NCBI GenBank assembly: GCA_021432655.1
Contig: MU271468.1
Location: 3,967 to 59,535, forward strand
Source: Atractiella rhizophila
Lineage: Eukaryota
Direction of reading: 5' to 3'
Length of the DNA stretch: 55,569 bases
Under the pieces are notes generated by a model. That model saw nothing but the letters and a program-made list of their open reading frames with translations, was not told the origin of the DNA and searched no databases. The position numbers and the translations under genes were made by a program. Below are positions 38,302 to 50,378 of this stretch, piece by piece (the stretch's first letter is position 1; each line of letters starts with the position of its first letter).

Positions 38302-40044
38302 TCAGTCCTCGCTGGTGATACCCCTGAAGCGAGCCTGTTGAAACTCATCCATAGCAGAGCCAGCCATGAGATTGACGAGGGCTTGGTAATCACCGAATTG
38401 TTCCTATACACAGGACAGTTAGAATGCCTCTCGAGAGGTGAAGCGAGAAGCTCACATCGTCCTCATCCACCTCGCCTACTTCTTCGACAATGAAGTTCCT
38501 TCCTCGTGGTCCAAATCCATCAGGTAAATTCCGCATCGCAAACGTCTGGTCGCTGTCAGCTGCATGCGAAATCGTCACAATTGGACTCACAGCAAGAATG
38601 GCACGACGATCCTTCAACTTCATCCCTACGCGATCCATCTCATCGTAGTCTGGTCGATCGAGCTTTGTCTGGAGGACGCTTTCATTCACGCGTGTTGTTG
38701 AATCTGCATGATCGATGTGAAGGACAAGGATGGGGAGGAGTTGTGCCGAGTTGAAAACTACGTATTCGAGCTTGGATGGGGAAACGTGACTATCATATGT
38801 TGCGGATCGAGTTCGACTCGAAGTTCGCATGTACTCTCCAGCTAGAAATCACGATCAATGTGTGATTTCTGTCAAGGGCGTAAAGTAAACTTACCCTTGA
38901 GCTGATAACGCTTTCCCATCAAACAGGCAGCAACAACAACTTTATAACCCGGAAGACGACGCTGACTCGCCGCTGTGTGATCAGCGTAGGAGAAGGAGTA
39001 CGAAGGGTCAGGTGAAGAATAGATGCCTAGCCGCTTTCAATGAGACAATTTAGGGCCAGGGTGTGCTGCATACCTCTGCCCCATGTCGAGCCACAACGCA
39101 CTTGGTGCTCTCCATCCGTAGTTTTCTGTCCAGGAAGCCTGAAGCCATTAACCACAATGGATGCGACGTTCTTCCTCAAGGTTCCGTGAAACACAACCTG
39201 AGCGTTGTCAGAATACCCTTGAAGAGAACATGGCCGCTCACTTCTTCTTTGAACACCTTATCCGCCATGCCGTCGGCTGCCCTTCGACTCATTCCAGAGA
39301 GTCGATGCTTTGTGTAGAGCTTGGATCGGAAATCCTCGAACCCTCTAAGAAGCGAGTCGCGAAGTATGACTTCCGAATGCAGGATTTTGAACTGATTTCC
39401 AATCTTGCCTTGAATGTAGTCTGGAGTAAATTGTCCAAGGTAGCGAGTGATGATTGTATCGTCGCGAATAGCTGAATGTCTCATCAGAACCTATGCATAT
39501 ATGGCTTGACAGCCAACCCACCGTCGCTCTGCCAACTAACATCAGCTGGGAGACCATTCAAGTCGATTTCAAAATCTCCAGAGTAGAAGTCCAGATCATC
39601 CCCTGAGATTTCCTGCGAGAAAATCCTGACTTCTTGGATAACCTCGCTAAGAACAGCGTTTAATACTGCATCAGATTCCTCCTCGTCCTTAGCAATATCC
39701 AATGCGTTGTTTTCAAGAATGAGTCGAAGCCGATCCTCGAGCTCGAAGAGTTGTAGACGACTAACACTATCATCTGCCCGAACATCGATGACGGGAGAAG
39801 CAAAGCAACGCTTGAGCGGAGCGGTGAAGGTGCGAAGAATGTAAGAGACAACGAAAGGTGCAAATGCATAGCGTGCTTGAATGCCAGAAGATGAGAAGAT
39901 GGGAACTGTGAAAGATTCTTCACCGTGGATCGCGGTAAGGATGTCCAGATGGTCAGTTATAAGTTGTGAAAGTTCTTCCGATAGCTGGACAGTCTGGACT
40001 GGACCATCCTCTTCAGGCTCAGGCCGAATTGTAAACCAAGGCAT
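38302..40044 (-). CDS. PARP-like (H-Y-E) ADP-ribosyltransferase domain protein, multi-exon
   Basis: Spliced exons: 39197-39074 (VVFHGTLRKNVASIVVNGF...RCGSTWGR), 39026-38895 (GIYSSPDPSYSFSYA...KVVVAACLMGK), and from 38841 (YDSHVSPSKLEYVVFNSAQLLP). The frame is open through canonical introns to the TGA at 38302. The start codon is tentative. Confidence 0.8.
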
Positions 40045-40448
40045 CACAGTCGACTGCTTGAGTCAAGCTTGAATACTAGCATGCAGCAAAATACATGTCC
40101 ATTTATTGGAAGGCTAGAAAGTCTCCTATGTGACTTGCCTCGGAGGGTGACTTGCCTGATACACGCCCTTTCCAGTTTCGGGTCGACGGGCTACACAACA
40201 CAAAGTGCCATCATGACTTGCTTCTGACAACTAAACCCGATCCTGACACCGCCAGTGAGTGGCCCTGCGAGATCTTTCAAGAGCTAATAGGGCTTCATCC
40301 CTGTCTATTCCTGGTCCATTTCTGTTCCCTCAGCCGCATAAACGCGAAAACTCGATGTCTGTTTGGCAGGTGGTGGTTGGGTTTCAAAGTCACCTGATCA
40401 TCTACGACAGCTGAAGGAACGCTGAGAAACGACGAGCAAAACACGATC

Positions 40449-42354
40449 ATGGAAGTGGACGCTCCTCCAGTCCCGCTCTCGCGCGGTTCTCCTTATGTAG
40501 TTAATGTCGACGACACTTCATCCTTCGATCTCGAGTCCTATGCCTCCCTTTATACCACCTCTTACACCTCTCCTCGCGATAAAATCAACCGTCTCCTCTT
40601 CATCGGGACGACATGCCCTCAGCTAGCCGTACAGGCTCTTACTTTGGCTATTCAGGCTATAAAGAACGAGACTCTTGACACAGAACTGTACCATCGCGCG
40701 TTGACAGAGCTCGAGAAGGCACAGAAGGCGAATGGAATGACTGGGGATGTGGAAACTGAGGATGGGGAGTGGGTGAGCAAGACTGAGAAGGAGGCCAGGA
40801 ATGGCATCGGGAAGCTAGAAGTTGATCTGAAGACGTACACTAATAATCTGATCAAAGAGAGCACTAGGGTGAGTTTCGATGCACGTACAGAACTGGGGTT
40901 GAAAGAAGTAGTAGTTGACATGCAGAGATCTTGCTATGTATCAAGCGAAGTGTGGAGAGTCTAACATTGCTATTCGCACATGGTTGAAGTCGCGAGAGTT
41001 TTGCACCACCAACGTTCACCTGCTTGAAATGTGCATGGGAATAGTGGAGGTACGCGTCAGTTCAATGGCGCAGCCCTAAGTTGATTTCTTGCTTCACAGC
41101 TTGCATTAGAAAGCGGAAACTATCCATTTGTTAAAAGCTATGTCGGAAAAGCTGAAGGTTTGTTCTGTTTGAACTGTCTATCTTTGACTCATTTCTTTCA
41201 AGGCGCCCTTGAATCGATCACCTCCTCTAGTTCGAAGGCACAGACGTCAACCGCTGCTGCTCCCAAACCAGGCACAACCATTTCCGACGCCTACAAGCAA
41301 TCAGTCCAACATCGTCTCCTGATCGCTTCTTCCATCGCAGACATGGCACTGGGCAAGTTCGCCGAAGCCGCTCGTGGTTTCGTACGCGTCAAAGCTCCCG
41401 ATCTTCGTACCGTCCTCAATGAAAAAGGAGAGTTGCAAAGCGGTTCTGCAGGTGGCGTTGCTGCAAGTTCAGCCGTGGCCGGAGCACCAACAGCCTCCGC
41501 CGCTGCTCCTGGCTCCTCCATCCCTGGTCCCGCTGCATCCACTCCGGTCAGCGCTGGGATCCCTCTTAACGAATTCCTCGTACCTCCTGCAGATATTGGT
41601 GTTTATGCAGTGATCTGTGGACTGGCGACCATGAATCGAAAAGAAGTGAAAGAACTTTTGGTAGACAATAACGAACTTCGAGCGATCCTCGATTCCGAAG
41701 CCGGACTGCGAGAAATCGTTCGAGAGGTAGGCAGCGGGACTTCATACGGGGCAGCCTTCCGAGCTTTGGGAGTGGAAGTCATTAGCGGAAAGGGGAAAGG
41801 AAAATCTACATCTCCGAACCCGAACACATTACGGGTGGGCGAATTGACGAATTTGAAGGCCAGGTTAGAGCTGGATATTCATCTTGCTGGCAGCAACAAG
41901 TTGGAGGTTCTCAGAGGTATGATTAGGGATAAGCTGGTGGCAAGGTATTTTGAACCGTTTGAGAGGCTGGCGTTGAACCGAATGGGAATTAAATTCGGAT
42001 GGACTGAGGATGATATCGAGGCTGTCGTCGTTGATTTGATCGAAAGGGGTATTTTACAGGGTCGGGTGGACAAACAAGACAGAGTATCTTCTTTCTCATT
42101 CTGCGCGCAGACAAAGACTGATGGCCTCATGCCAGGTGCTTGTTGCTCGCTCGCTCTCTTCGCGGAAAGCAGCCTTCCGTCACGCTCTCAAAATGGGTAT
42201 GGATGCAGAGAGGCAGACAAATGCTCTGCTCTTGCGGATGAAGTTATTAGAGCTCGAGATGTATGTAGGGGCGATAAAATCAACAGTAGGAGATGCAGGA
42301 CCACAACAACAGGGACAAAGTCAAGGTCTCAAGCCTGCTCCTTCGAACAAGTAA
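40449..42354 (+). CDS. CSN1: COP9 signalosome subunit 1 (Rpn7/PCI domain), multi-exon
   Basis: FDLESYASLY, RLLFIG, KLEVDLKTYTNNLIKES, SREFCTT, DIGVYAVICGLATMNRKE, LELDIHL, IR.K....YFEPF, LIERGILQGRVD. Confidence 0.88.
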
Positions 42355-42466
42355 TGCCTGATTGTTGCATTTGTAGAAATGTGTACAATACATCGCAGTT
42401 CCTCTGTCAGTCAATATGAAAAACAAATAGCACCTTAGCATGCCATTAGAAAACGGCCCTTCAGCA

Positions 42467-44050
42467 TCACGATCTTCCCAGCTGGCTGATAAGAATATTC
42501 TTACTGTGGCATTGAGATAAAATAGGTCTTAACTCCAAGATCATATCCCTACCTTCCTTAGGGTCCAGGCTCAATTCTTTTAGATTACACTTCGCACTCC
42601 CGAGGTAAAACTCAAGTTCCTGTGCCAAATCGCCAATAGCCCTCTTGTCGTCGAACAATTCATGTGAGCAATTCAAAAGAAGCCATCGTAGGCTTTCAGG
42701 TAAAGATGTGAAAACCTTGCACAACTCCGGTCCAGAATGAAAGGTCGAGGCTTCGAAAAAGCCGATATGCAGTGAGAGAGACGTAAGTTTTTGAGGAAGA
42801 ATTGGGAAGGGATAGGAATAGGGCGTCAAGACTGTCTCGATCGTTGGTAGAAGCAGTTTCTGGACCAACGATAAACTGCAAGATGTTCTCTCGTCTACAT
42901 CGATTGCCAGTTGTCGCAAAGGACAAACTTCATCTGGTCTCGTATTTGAATTGCAAGTAAGCTTGCAATTAAGGAGGTGTAAGGTCGCTAAAAGCTTCAT
43001 TTCCAGAATCAGGCAAACATCCACTTCCAAGCTGGAGAGATAGAGGGTAGCGAGATTCGGTAGGTTGCTTCCAGACAGCGTAGGAAAGAGGAAAACCACA
43101 GGCCAAAGTTCTAGTACGTCGCACCACAATTGTTGGAGCGTTGGAGGGAGGAAACGGATGGACATTTCGGGATCCAGTGAAGGGATCGTGAGTGATTGCA
43201 GGTTCGGAAGTCGATGGAGGAATGTGTTGAAGTCAGCTGAATGACCCCGATAGCCACTACACTTGATAGACAACAAATTGTCATTTGTTTGTGTCTTGAA
43301 AGGTAGTGGCTGGGAAAAATCTGTGGAGCGAAGTCTCGCTGCCAGAACCTTTTGGTGTGGTGTCACTAGGCAATTTTCGAGTTCGAGAACAAAAAGTTGA
43401 GTGAAGTCATGCAATAGTAACTCTGGCACGTTCGTGTTCAGTCCATAAAGGGACAGAGAGCGTACATTTCCGAGGGATCCTTCCGACGATTTTAACAGTG
43501 GCTTGAAAGCCCAACAAGATTGATTTCCCTGACCAACATAAAGGTCGAGAATGGTGGAATGGTCTCCAAAGTTTGGGAAGAAGAATTTGTGCTGTCCTCT
43601 GTGTTGAAAGCCGTAAATCTCCAGCCTTCTCAACGAGCACTGCCCATCTCGAATGGCGGTAGCAAACAAATTGACCAAGCTTTGGAGTGTCCATCCGACA
43701 TTGATTAATCGTAGCTCCTGGATCGCATTGAAGGCCGCGCGACGATCTAGGAGGAAGAGCCATAGTTTCTCTGCCACGGATGGGGACCCAATTTTGAGAC
43801 GATTTAAAACCAGACCGCGTACTACATTGGTGAATCGTTTGCTGACGACTGAAAGTCTCAAAAAGGGGCAGACATCGAAAGGATAGGTCGTGCGTTTGTC
43901 CTCTAATGTTCCTCGATCAAGCTCACGTGGGAATGAAAGAGTGAAAATGTCATGTATGATCTAATCCTTTCTTGGTGAGTGACAATCCCATTGACGACGA
44001 ACGCTATTTACTCTGTTGAAAATCTCCGGCGGTAGCTGGTTAAGAGACAT
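42467..44050 (-). CDS. F-box protein with leucine-rich repeats
   Basis: First exon MSLNQLPPEIFNR, intron 43961-44011, then IIHDIF...LRLSVVSKRF (F-box), followed by LRR-like LxxLxL repeats (LPNLQSLTI, LPNLATLYL, LKELSL). Confidence 0.75.
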
Positions 44051-44482
44051 GACTGCAGTCTATGGCTAGTAAACAAACCTGCGAATGAACGTAGTGTGAA
44101 GACACTTTGCTCAGCTTCGAAGGCTGCTTGGTTGTTCTCGCACTACAAAGCGGTAAAGCGGTCATGACGACCTGACTTCTCCAGCACGGTAACACAGCAG
44201 AGTTCTGTTTTTCGAAATCCAACGTCACCAATATCAAATGTGGGAACTTCTGCATCTGTTTCAGCTTCAATATTGCAAAATGGTAGTCATGTCAATGGTC
44301 CCTTGTTCCTTTCGGAGCCGATAACACAATTTGTAGTGCTACGACAAGGATACCTCATTAAGCAAAGCATCCAAATCAACAATGCAGGTATTTCGCCAGG
44401 TACATGAAGGTATCATTAAGACACAAGTTGAAATGACGAATGAACAAAAGTAACAGATCCAAAGCGATTAGGCGACCAGCAA

Positions 44483-47057
44483 TCAATTCTTCTTCCCCGA
44501 CTTCTTGCCCTTCGCCTTCTTCTTCGGCTGATTCACTTCCTCATCTTCCTCTTCCGTGAATGCCTTCTTTCCTTTCTTCTTTGGAGGCGGTGCGGCATCA
44601 TTCTCCTCCTCTCCTTCCTCTTGGTCTTCCTCCTCCCCTTCTTCTGCTTCTGCCTCCTCCTCCGCTTGTCGCATACTCATCTGTGACATGGACTGCTCGC
44701 GGCGCAAGGTGTCAGGATCGGGGAGTACCATTCCAGCCTCATCTTCGGGCACCCGTCGGGATTGTGCAAAGAACAGCTCAGCGTGGATTTGGGCGATGTT
44801 TTTGATTGCGTAGGTGTTACCTGTAATAAATTCCACCATGAATTCGATAAAAAGAGGTATGAGCGAACATACCGCGAGGCACCATGAACATCCCCCTTGG
44901 ACCTATTGTGAACTTTGTGCCATGAACAGTAACCTCGACGGCTCCTTCAAGCACGATAAAAATCTATTTATCAAACCGATGAGCTTTTTGAATAACAGGA
45001 AGAAGCAAAACGAACGTAGGAGTTGTCTCGTGCTGGTTTGATAGGCTTTTCACCAGAAGGAGCTGGATCCAGCCTAAGAATGCCTCCAGCTAGGTAATCT
45101 AGCTCGTTGAAGATCTTTTGAAACTCGAATGTTTTCGTTCCCGATCCCTTGAGATTCATCATGCGATGAGTGAAAGCAATCCCTAGATTCCCATGTCACT
45201 CTTAAAGCTAACGAAGAGAGGGATAAACGGACGTCGTTCGATTTCACAATCGCCTTCATAGTTCCAAACCCTGACTTCCGACTCCGTCCTCTTGTCGCAG
45301 TTCTCCACTGGATAAGCCTTCCCATTTGGCCCAATGCAAAAGACTTGTGGCTTCGTGTTCTTCGCGTTCTGAGCACCGGGAGGAGCAACAGAGGCGCTCC
45401 GTTCCCGTTTAACACCCCTCTTCCCATATTTCTTCTGCGGTAAGAATTGTCGTTCAGCCTCTGGCATCTCTAACACCTCCTGCAACTCGAAACCGCCGCC
45501 GGTGACTCTCTTGTAGATAACCTTCTCACCGCAATACCCCCTTACCGGACGAATCCTTACGCGATTCGATCGTCGAACTATGGCGCCAATAAGCGTCGTA
45601 CAGGTGGGATAAGAAAAGCATACCGCCCTGGTTCTCCTCGTCCGAATCTTCAAGCTCCCTCCTACCGCGTTTCATACCTCGTGGCGCAACTGCCGACCGA
45701 GAGCCCCCCCGTCGTTGAGCCTCATTGGTCTTCTTCGTCACGAGTTCAGACTTGTAATTATGCTGACCTTCTTCTTCCTCCTCCTCTTCAGGTATAGCTT
45801 CCAACGCGTCTTGAAACCCGCCACCATCGTCAACCCATTCTTCCCCCTGCTCATCCTCACCACCCTCCTCCTCATCCTCGACTTCTCTCACAGTAGCTTT
45901 TCCCTTCCCCCGAGGGCTGCGGCTCAGCGGCTCAAAGCGATCATCAAGTCCTGTCTCCCTTGTCGTTAAATTGCTCCCTTCGTCTCCATCCCCACTGTCT
46001 TGTTGGGCTGTCCCACTCCTTCGTGAACCTTTCGAGGTACCTGCGCGCGGAGAGCCTGAGGTGTCTAAATCTGCCCGATTCGCGAGGGGATGGACGGGGA
46101 CTTGGTGCTTCGCACGAGACTGGGACGCACCAAAGCGATGCGGGGAGCCAATGCGGGCAATGGGGGAGACGGAAAGGTTGACGCTGATGTTGGGATCTCG
46201 ATGCTGGGGATTGGCTGGTGTGGATATCTTTGCTCGGACGCTTGGGTGGAGGCGAGGTGTGGATGAATTTACTATAAGCGTAATTCAAGGCTTGAGCTCC
46301 AATCATGATTGCAGAAGCGAGATACGAACCTAAAGACATGGATTGTTCGCCATAGCCGCCACCATCGTCCTCGTCTTGATCCGGAGGGGGGATTCCGAGA
46401 TCAGGATTCCCAGCGACAAATGCAAGCGTCTCGTCTTCGTCAAAGGTTCGTTCTGCAGATTGTGGCGGATTTTGGGCAAAGAATCGCTCTGGTCTTTCAA
46501 AGCCATTGGAATCGAGCGAGGTTTGGCTAATTTCAATGCCTGTGAACCTGAGAGGGCAATCAGCACTGAGATCTACTAGAATGCACCGCAAATATGCTCT
46601 GCTTGGCCAAAGTAAGTATGTTAAAGAAGCATAAGCCGCTAGCTTGACTGGCACATTGAAGGGAACATGTAATCTTCTTTGAACCCAAGGCTCTTTCCCT
46701 TGCACACCTTTTTTTCACAAGTTGAAACAAAGACGCACCTTCCCTTCTTCCCAATCTCGTTAAACTGTGCATTCCTCTCGCTCCCTCTTTTCTTCTTCCC
46801 CTTCACACCACTTGCGCCGACACCACCTTTGTCTGGCGACATCGCAGCGAGATAGGGATCCTCAAACATGTCATCGTCATCCGCACCTCCATTGCCCGAT
46901 ATACCAAATGTTCTACGAGGAGCGTGGGGTAGTTCAACTCCAGTGAATCTATGCAAGCTCTGTCAACATACAAACGACCAACGTTGGATCAAACTCACCG
47001 TCCTTTCTTCCCAATTTCATTAAACTGAGCAGGTTTCGTTTTCGCCTTGGAAGCCAT
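44483..47057 (-). CDS. MIF2: Inner kinetochore protein Mif2/CENP-C, multi-exon
   Basis: N-terminal FNEIGKKGR|FTG motif (present twice), CENP-C-like motif RRSNRVRIRP...GEKVIY, and a C-terminal cupin (FQKIF...GEKPIKPARDNSY...EGAVEVTVH...GGMFMVPRGNTYAIKN...LFFAQSR). Confidence 0.88.
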
Positions 47058-47708
47058 CGCGCAAAATTACGGTGTGACGCGAATCCGCAAATATTCGCAA
47101 CGGATGGATGATGCAAGGATGGTGGTCTGCTGTTGGTGTATCTTTTCACGTGACTTGAAATGTGGTGTGGTCTTGAGTGACAAAGAATCCCACGAAACCC
47201 ATAATTTCCATCTCATATTCATGCTCACCGACAGTAGGCAGTTTGACATCTTCAGGGTTTTGTGCAGGCTAGGAGAGTGGCTGGATGGAGTTGTATCATT
47301 GTCTTCAGGGGAGTGAGAGTACGCCCGTTCATTGCGAGCCTGGAAATGGCCATCGAGAGTGCATACACCGTTAACAATCCACGTTAATAGTCTTGCAAAT
47401 ATTTTGCAGGATTTTCTACCGATGAAGGCGAAGATTCTTGCTCATGCAGCAATCACTTGGTTACTTCGCTCATTCAGATGGAAGGCTGCAGCGTATGTGG
47501 AATGCTGACGTGTCGAATGTTATGGAACTTGTGGTTATGACCATCGCGCGGATGCTGGCGAGGCAGCTTTCGGGGCATCAACGGCGCAGTGGGACGTTGT
47601 AACCGTTGACTTCCGGCTGACATGAGCTCCGACGCTTTTCGGATGAGTGTGCTCTTCGCTCCATCGCCGTTGACCAGTAGACCTAGACCTGTCTGAAAGC
47701 TTCAGTCC

Positions 47709-47715
47709 TATAAAA
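47709..47715 (+). promoter_or_regulatory. TATA box of HD-hydratase gene 1
   Basis: TATAAAA about 55 bp upstream of the ATG at 47767; an equivalent TATAAAA (49177-49183) precedes the paralog. Confidence 0.5.
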
Positions 47716-47766
47716 GAAAATACATCATGTCGCCTCAGGCCGATGTTTCCGAAACCGTCAGGCAAA

Positions 47767-48698
47767 ATGTCAACCGTTCCGTCACCGGCTTATGTATATC
47801 TCTCCGGTCTTAACTTATCACCTCCCTCTTCTCCCCTCCTAATTACGGCAGGATTTTTCGATGTCCCTTCCACCCCTCTTGCCAAAAAGGCAGTTGCCTT
47901 GATGGAAAATTTACTTCCGACGTGGGGACTGAATCATTGTTATCGTACTTTCTGTTACGCGCTTGCTATTACGTCTGCAGCAGGATGGGACAGATCTCCA
48001 CAAGCGGAGGAGTTTGGCTGGGATAGGGAGGCGATCTTTCTCGCCTGCTTCCTACATGACATTGGATGGGATGAAAAGGAAGTGGAGGGAGAGGATGGCA
48101 AGAGGTCGAGGCTCAGCTTTGAAATATTCGGCGGGATCAAAGCTCGAGAAGCTCTGCTCAAGTGGGGCGCTAATCGATCCCTAGCGGATGAAGTTTGTGA
48201 GGCTATTGTGAGGCACACAGTATGCAGCTCCCATTATTCTGCCCATCAAGTAGAGATAGTGACATTTCCATAGGAAAGAGAACATCCAGGAGGCAGTATG
48301 TTGCGTTCCATCTGACACCCTGCCTCGTTGGTGACTTTCCGGTTCTTGCAGTACGACTCTTGCAAGCTTGCGTCAATCTCGGCGCAGGACAGGATATTGT
48401 CGGTTGGGCAGTCCCATCTCTGGTCCATCCCCTAGATCACGCATACATCATGCAGACGTACCCACGTGTTGGCTTTACAGATGAATTTTTGACATTGGCG
48501 GGAAAAGAATGGACGCATAAACCTGGTTGTCTTTTCGAGAAAGAAAGGGAACCCGTCGCTGCTTTTTTGACCGAGAACCTGGATCATTGGAGGGAGTTAG
48601 ATGGTGAACGGGAAGCGGAGGAGTTGAAAGCGAATTGGAGAGAGAGAAGGCTGAGAGTTGATTTGGACAGCATGACGTTGGATGGAGTTCCTTTTTGA
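47767..48698 (+). CDS. HD-domain cyanamide hydratase-like protein (Cah/DDI2-3 family), copy 1
   Basis: LNHCYRTF, ACFLHDIG, SRLSFEIFGGIKARE, ADEVCEAIVRH, YPR.GF, KPGC. A 22-nt middle microexon lies between two introns. Confidence 0.8.
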
Positions 48699-49242
48699 GC
48701 TCGATTTTTGAGTCTCCATACATACATACATAATGGTAAACAATGTCATACTTCTCTCGTTTCACCATGTCTGGATAAAACATGTGTCGAGCAGCCACCA
48801 GTTCCGAAGGCAAGGCGCTCCGCACTGCAGGATGCCATGGGCTGTTCCTGCAATCAGTCATACCAGCCTCTGTTAGGTTACACAGACCTTGCCGATTTGT
48901 TAAGAGCGCTACTCTCGAAATGGAAACTGGCGTCTTCGGTTGTAGTGCTTGTAACGCTGCAGAGGCCAAGTCTGCTTCAACCAGTATTCCATATCTCACA
49001 TCGGGTGGTGCTTAGTGGCGCCCGTCGCGTTCCCGCTCACCGACTGCCTAACTTCAAATGCAGCCGTACACCGTATCATACCAAATACCAACAGACTCGC
49101 CCAGTAGCGGATGTGTCACCGTCGACCTTCTAGTCATCAGCAGTATCCGCGCCAGTGATGTCCTAGCGCTGGGCAATATAAAAGGAGGGTGGAAAGCACC
49201 TGCTTTTAACAAGTTAAGACGTTGCGATATCATCATCGCATC

Positions 49243-50167
49243 ATGAAGACGATTCCTCAAACGATTCGAAGCGAGCTTGCCAATGGCAAGTTCCCTCCTC
49301 CTGCCTTTGCCATTCCCAACCCTGCCGACTTCTTCTCCATCCCTTCTACTCCGCTCACCCAAAAGTCGATCGTCCTGATGGAGAACTTGCTTCCCAAGTG
49401 GGGGTTGAATCACTGCTATCGCACGTTCTGTTACGCTCTAGCGATTGCCGAACTCACCGGTTGGAACAAGTCGCCTTACGCCGAAGAATTGGAATGGGAT
49501 AGAGAAGCGATATTTCTAGCGTGTATTCTGCACGATATTGGGTGGGATGAGAAGGATTGCATTAGGGACGATGCGAAACTTTCGAGGCTCAGTTTCGAAA
49601 TCTTTGGTGGCATAAAGGCGCGCGAAGGGTTGCTCAAGTGGGGCGCTACGCGTTATGTGGCTGATGAAGTTTGCGAGGCAATCATTAGACATTCCGTCCG
49701 TATTCTAAGCTTTGTCTATAACTTCAAATATTGAATACATAAGTTTAGGATATGCTGGATGGACCTGGAAGCAGTACGTCCTCTTTGAGCCTTCCGTGAT
49801 AAAAGTTAATATGCTCCTAGTGCGCCTTCTTCAAGCATGCGTTATGTTAGGTGCAACGCATGACATCATAAATTGGGGCAAAGAGACTGTCATCCATCCT
49901 GCAGATCAAGAGTACATCATACGCGCGTACCCTCGTCACGGGTTCACAGAAGAGCTTCACGCGTTGATTCACAAAGAATGGACGCATAAACCAGGTTGTC
50001 TCTTTGAGAAACAGACGGAGCCGTTCGTGAGCTATTTTACAGCTAACCTTGAAGCGGCGAAGGAAACGGACGGACCACGCCAGAATGAACAGGAGAAGCA
50101 GCAGTATCTCAAGAGGCGGATGAGAGTTGATTTGGATAACATGACGCTTGATGGTTCTCCTTTCTGA
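49243..50167 (+). CDS. HD-domain cyanamide hydratase-like protein, copy 2 (tandem paralog)
   Basis: Same motifs (LNHCYRTF, ACILHDIG, SRLSFEIFGGIKARE, EAIIRH, YPRHGF, HKPGC), same two-intron structure, shared C-terminus RVDLD.MTLDG.PF. Confidence 0.8.
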
Positions 50168-50378
50168 ACATGTTTCGACGTGTGGGCTAAATCATTTGAT
50201 ACTCTTGCTAGCTGGTGCACTAATAGCACTTTCTCCGATATCTATCTATCATCTGTTCATCTGTTCCATCAACAAAGCGAACGTTGATGCGACACGAGAA
50301 ATTTGCCACTTGCGATTAACCAATAACAATAAATACGAAGCTCTTGGCTCAGACACGTGGATTCTGCATTACCTCACC

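Noticed and set aside
2818..44050. Apparent clustering of ubiquitin/proteostasis genes (TAP42, CreC, OTU1, Atg14, CSN1, F-box)
   Set aside because: These are common gene classes scattered among unrelated genes. No shared motif was seen, and chance cannot be excluded without synteny data.
48760..49000. Minus-strand ORF between the two HD-hydratase genes
   Set aside because: It has no recognisable motif, and its 3' part is just the antisense of the copy-1 last exon.
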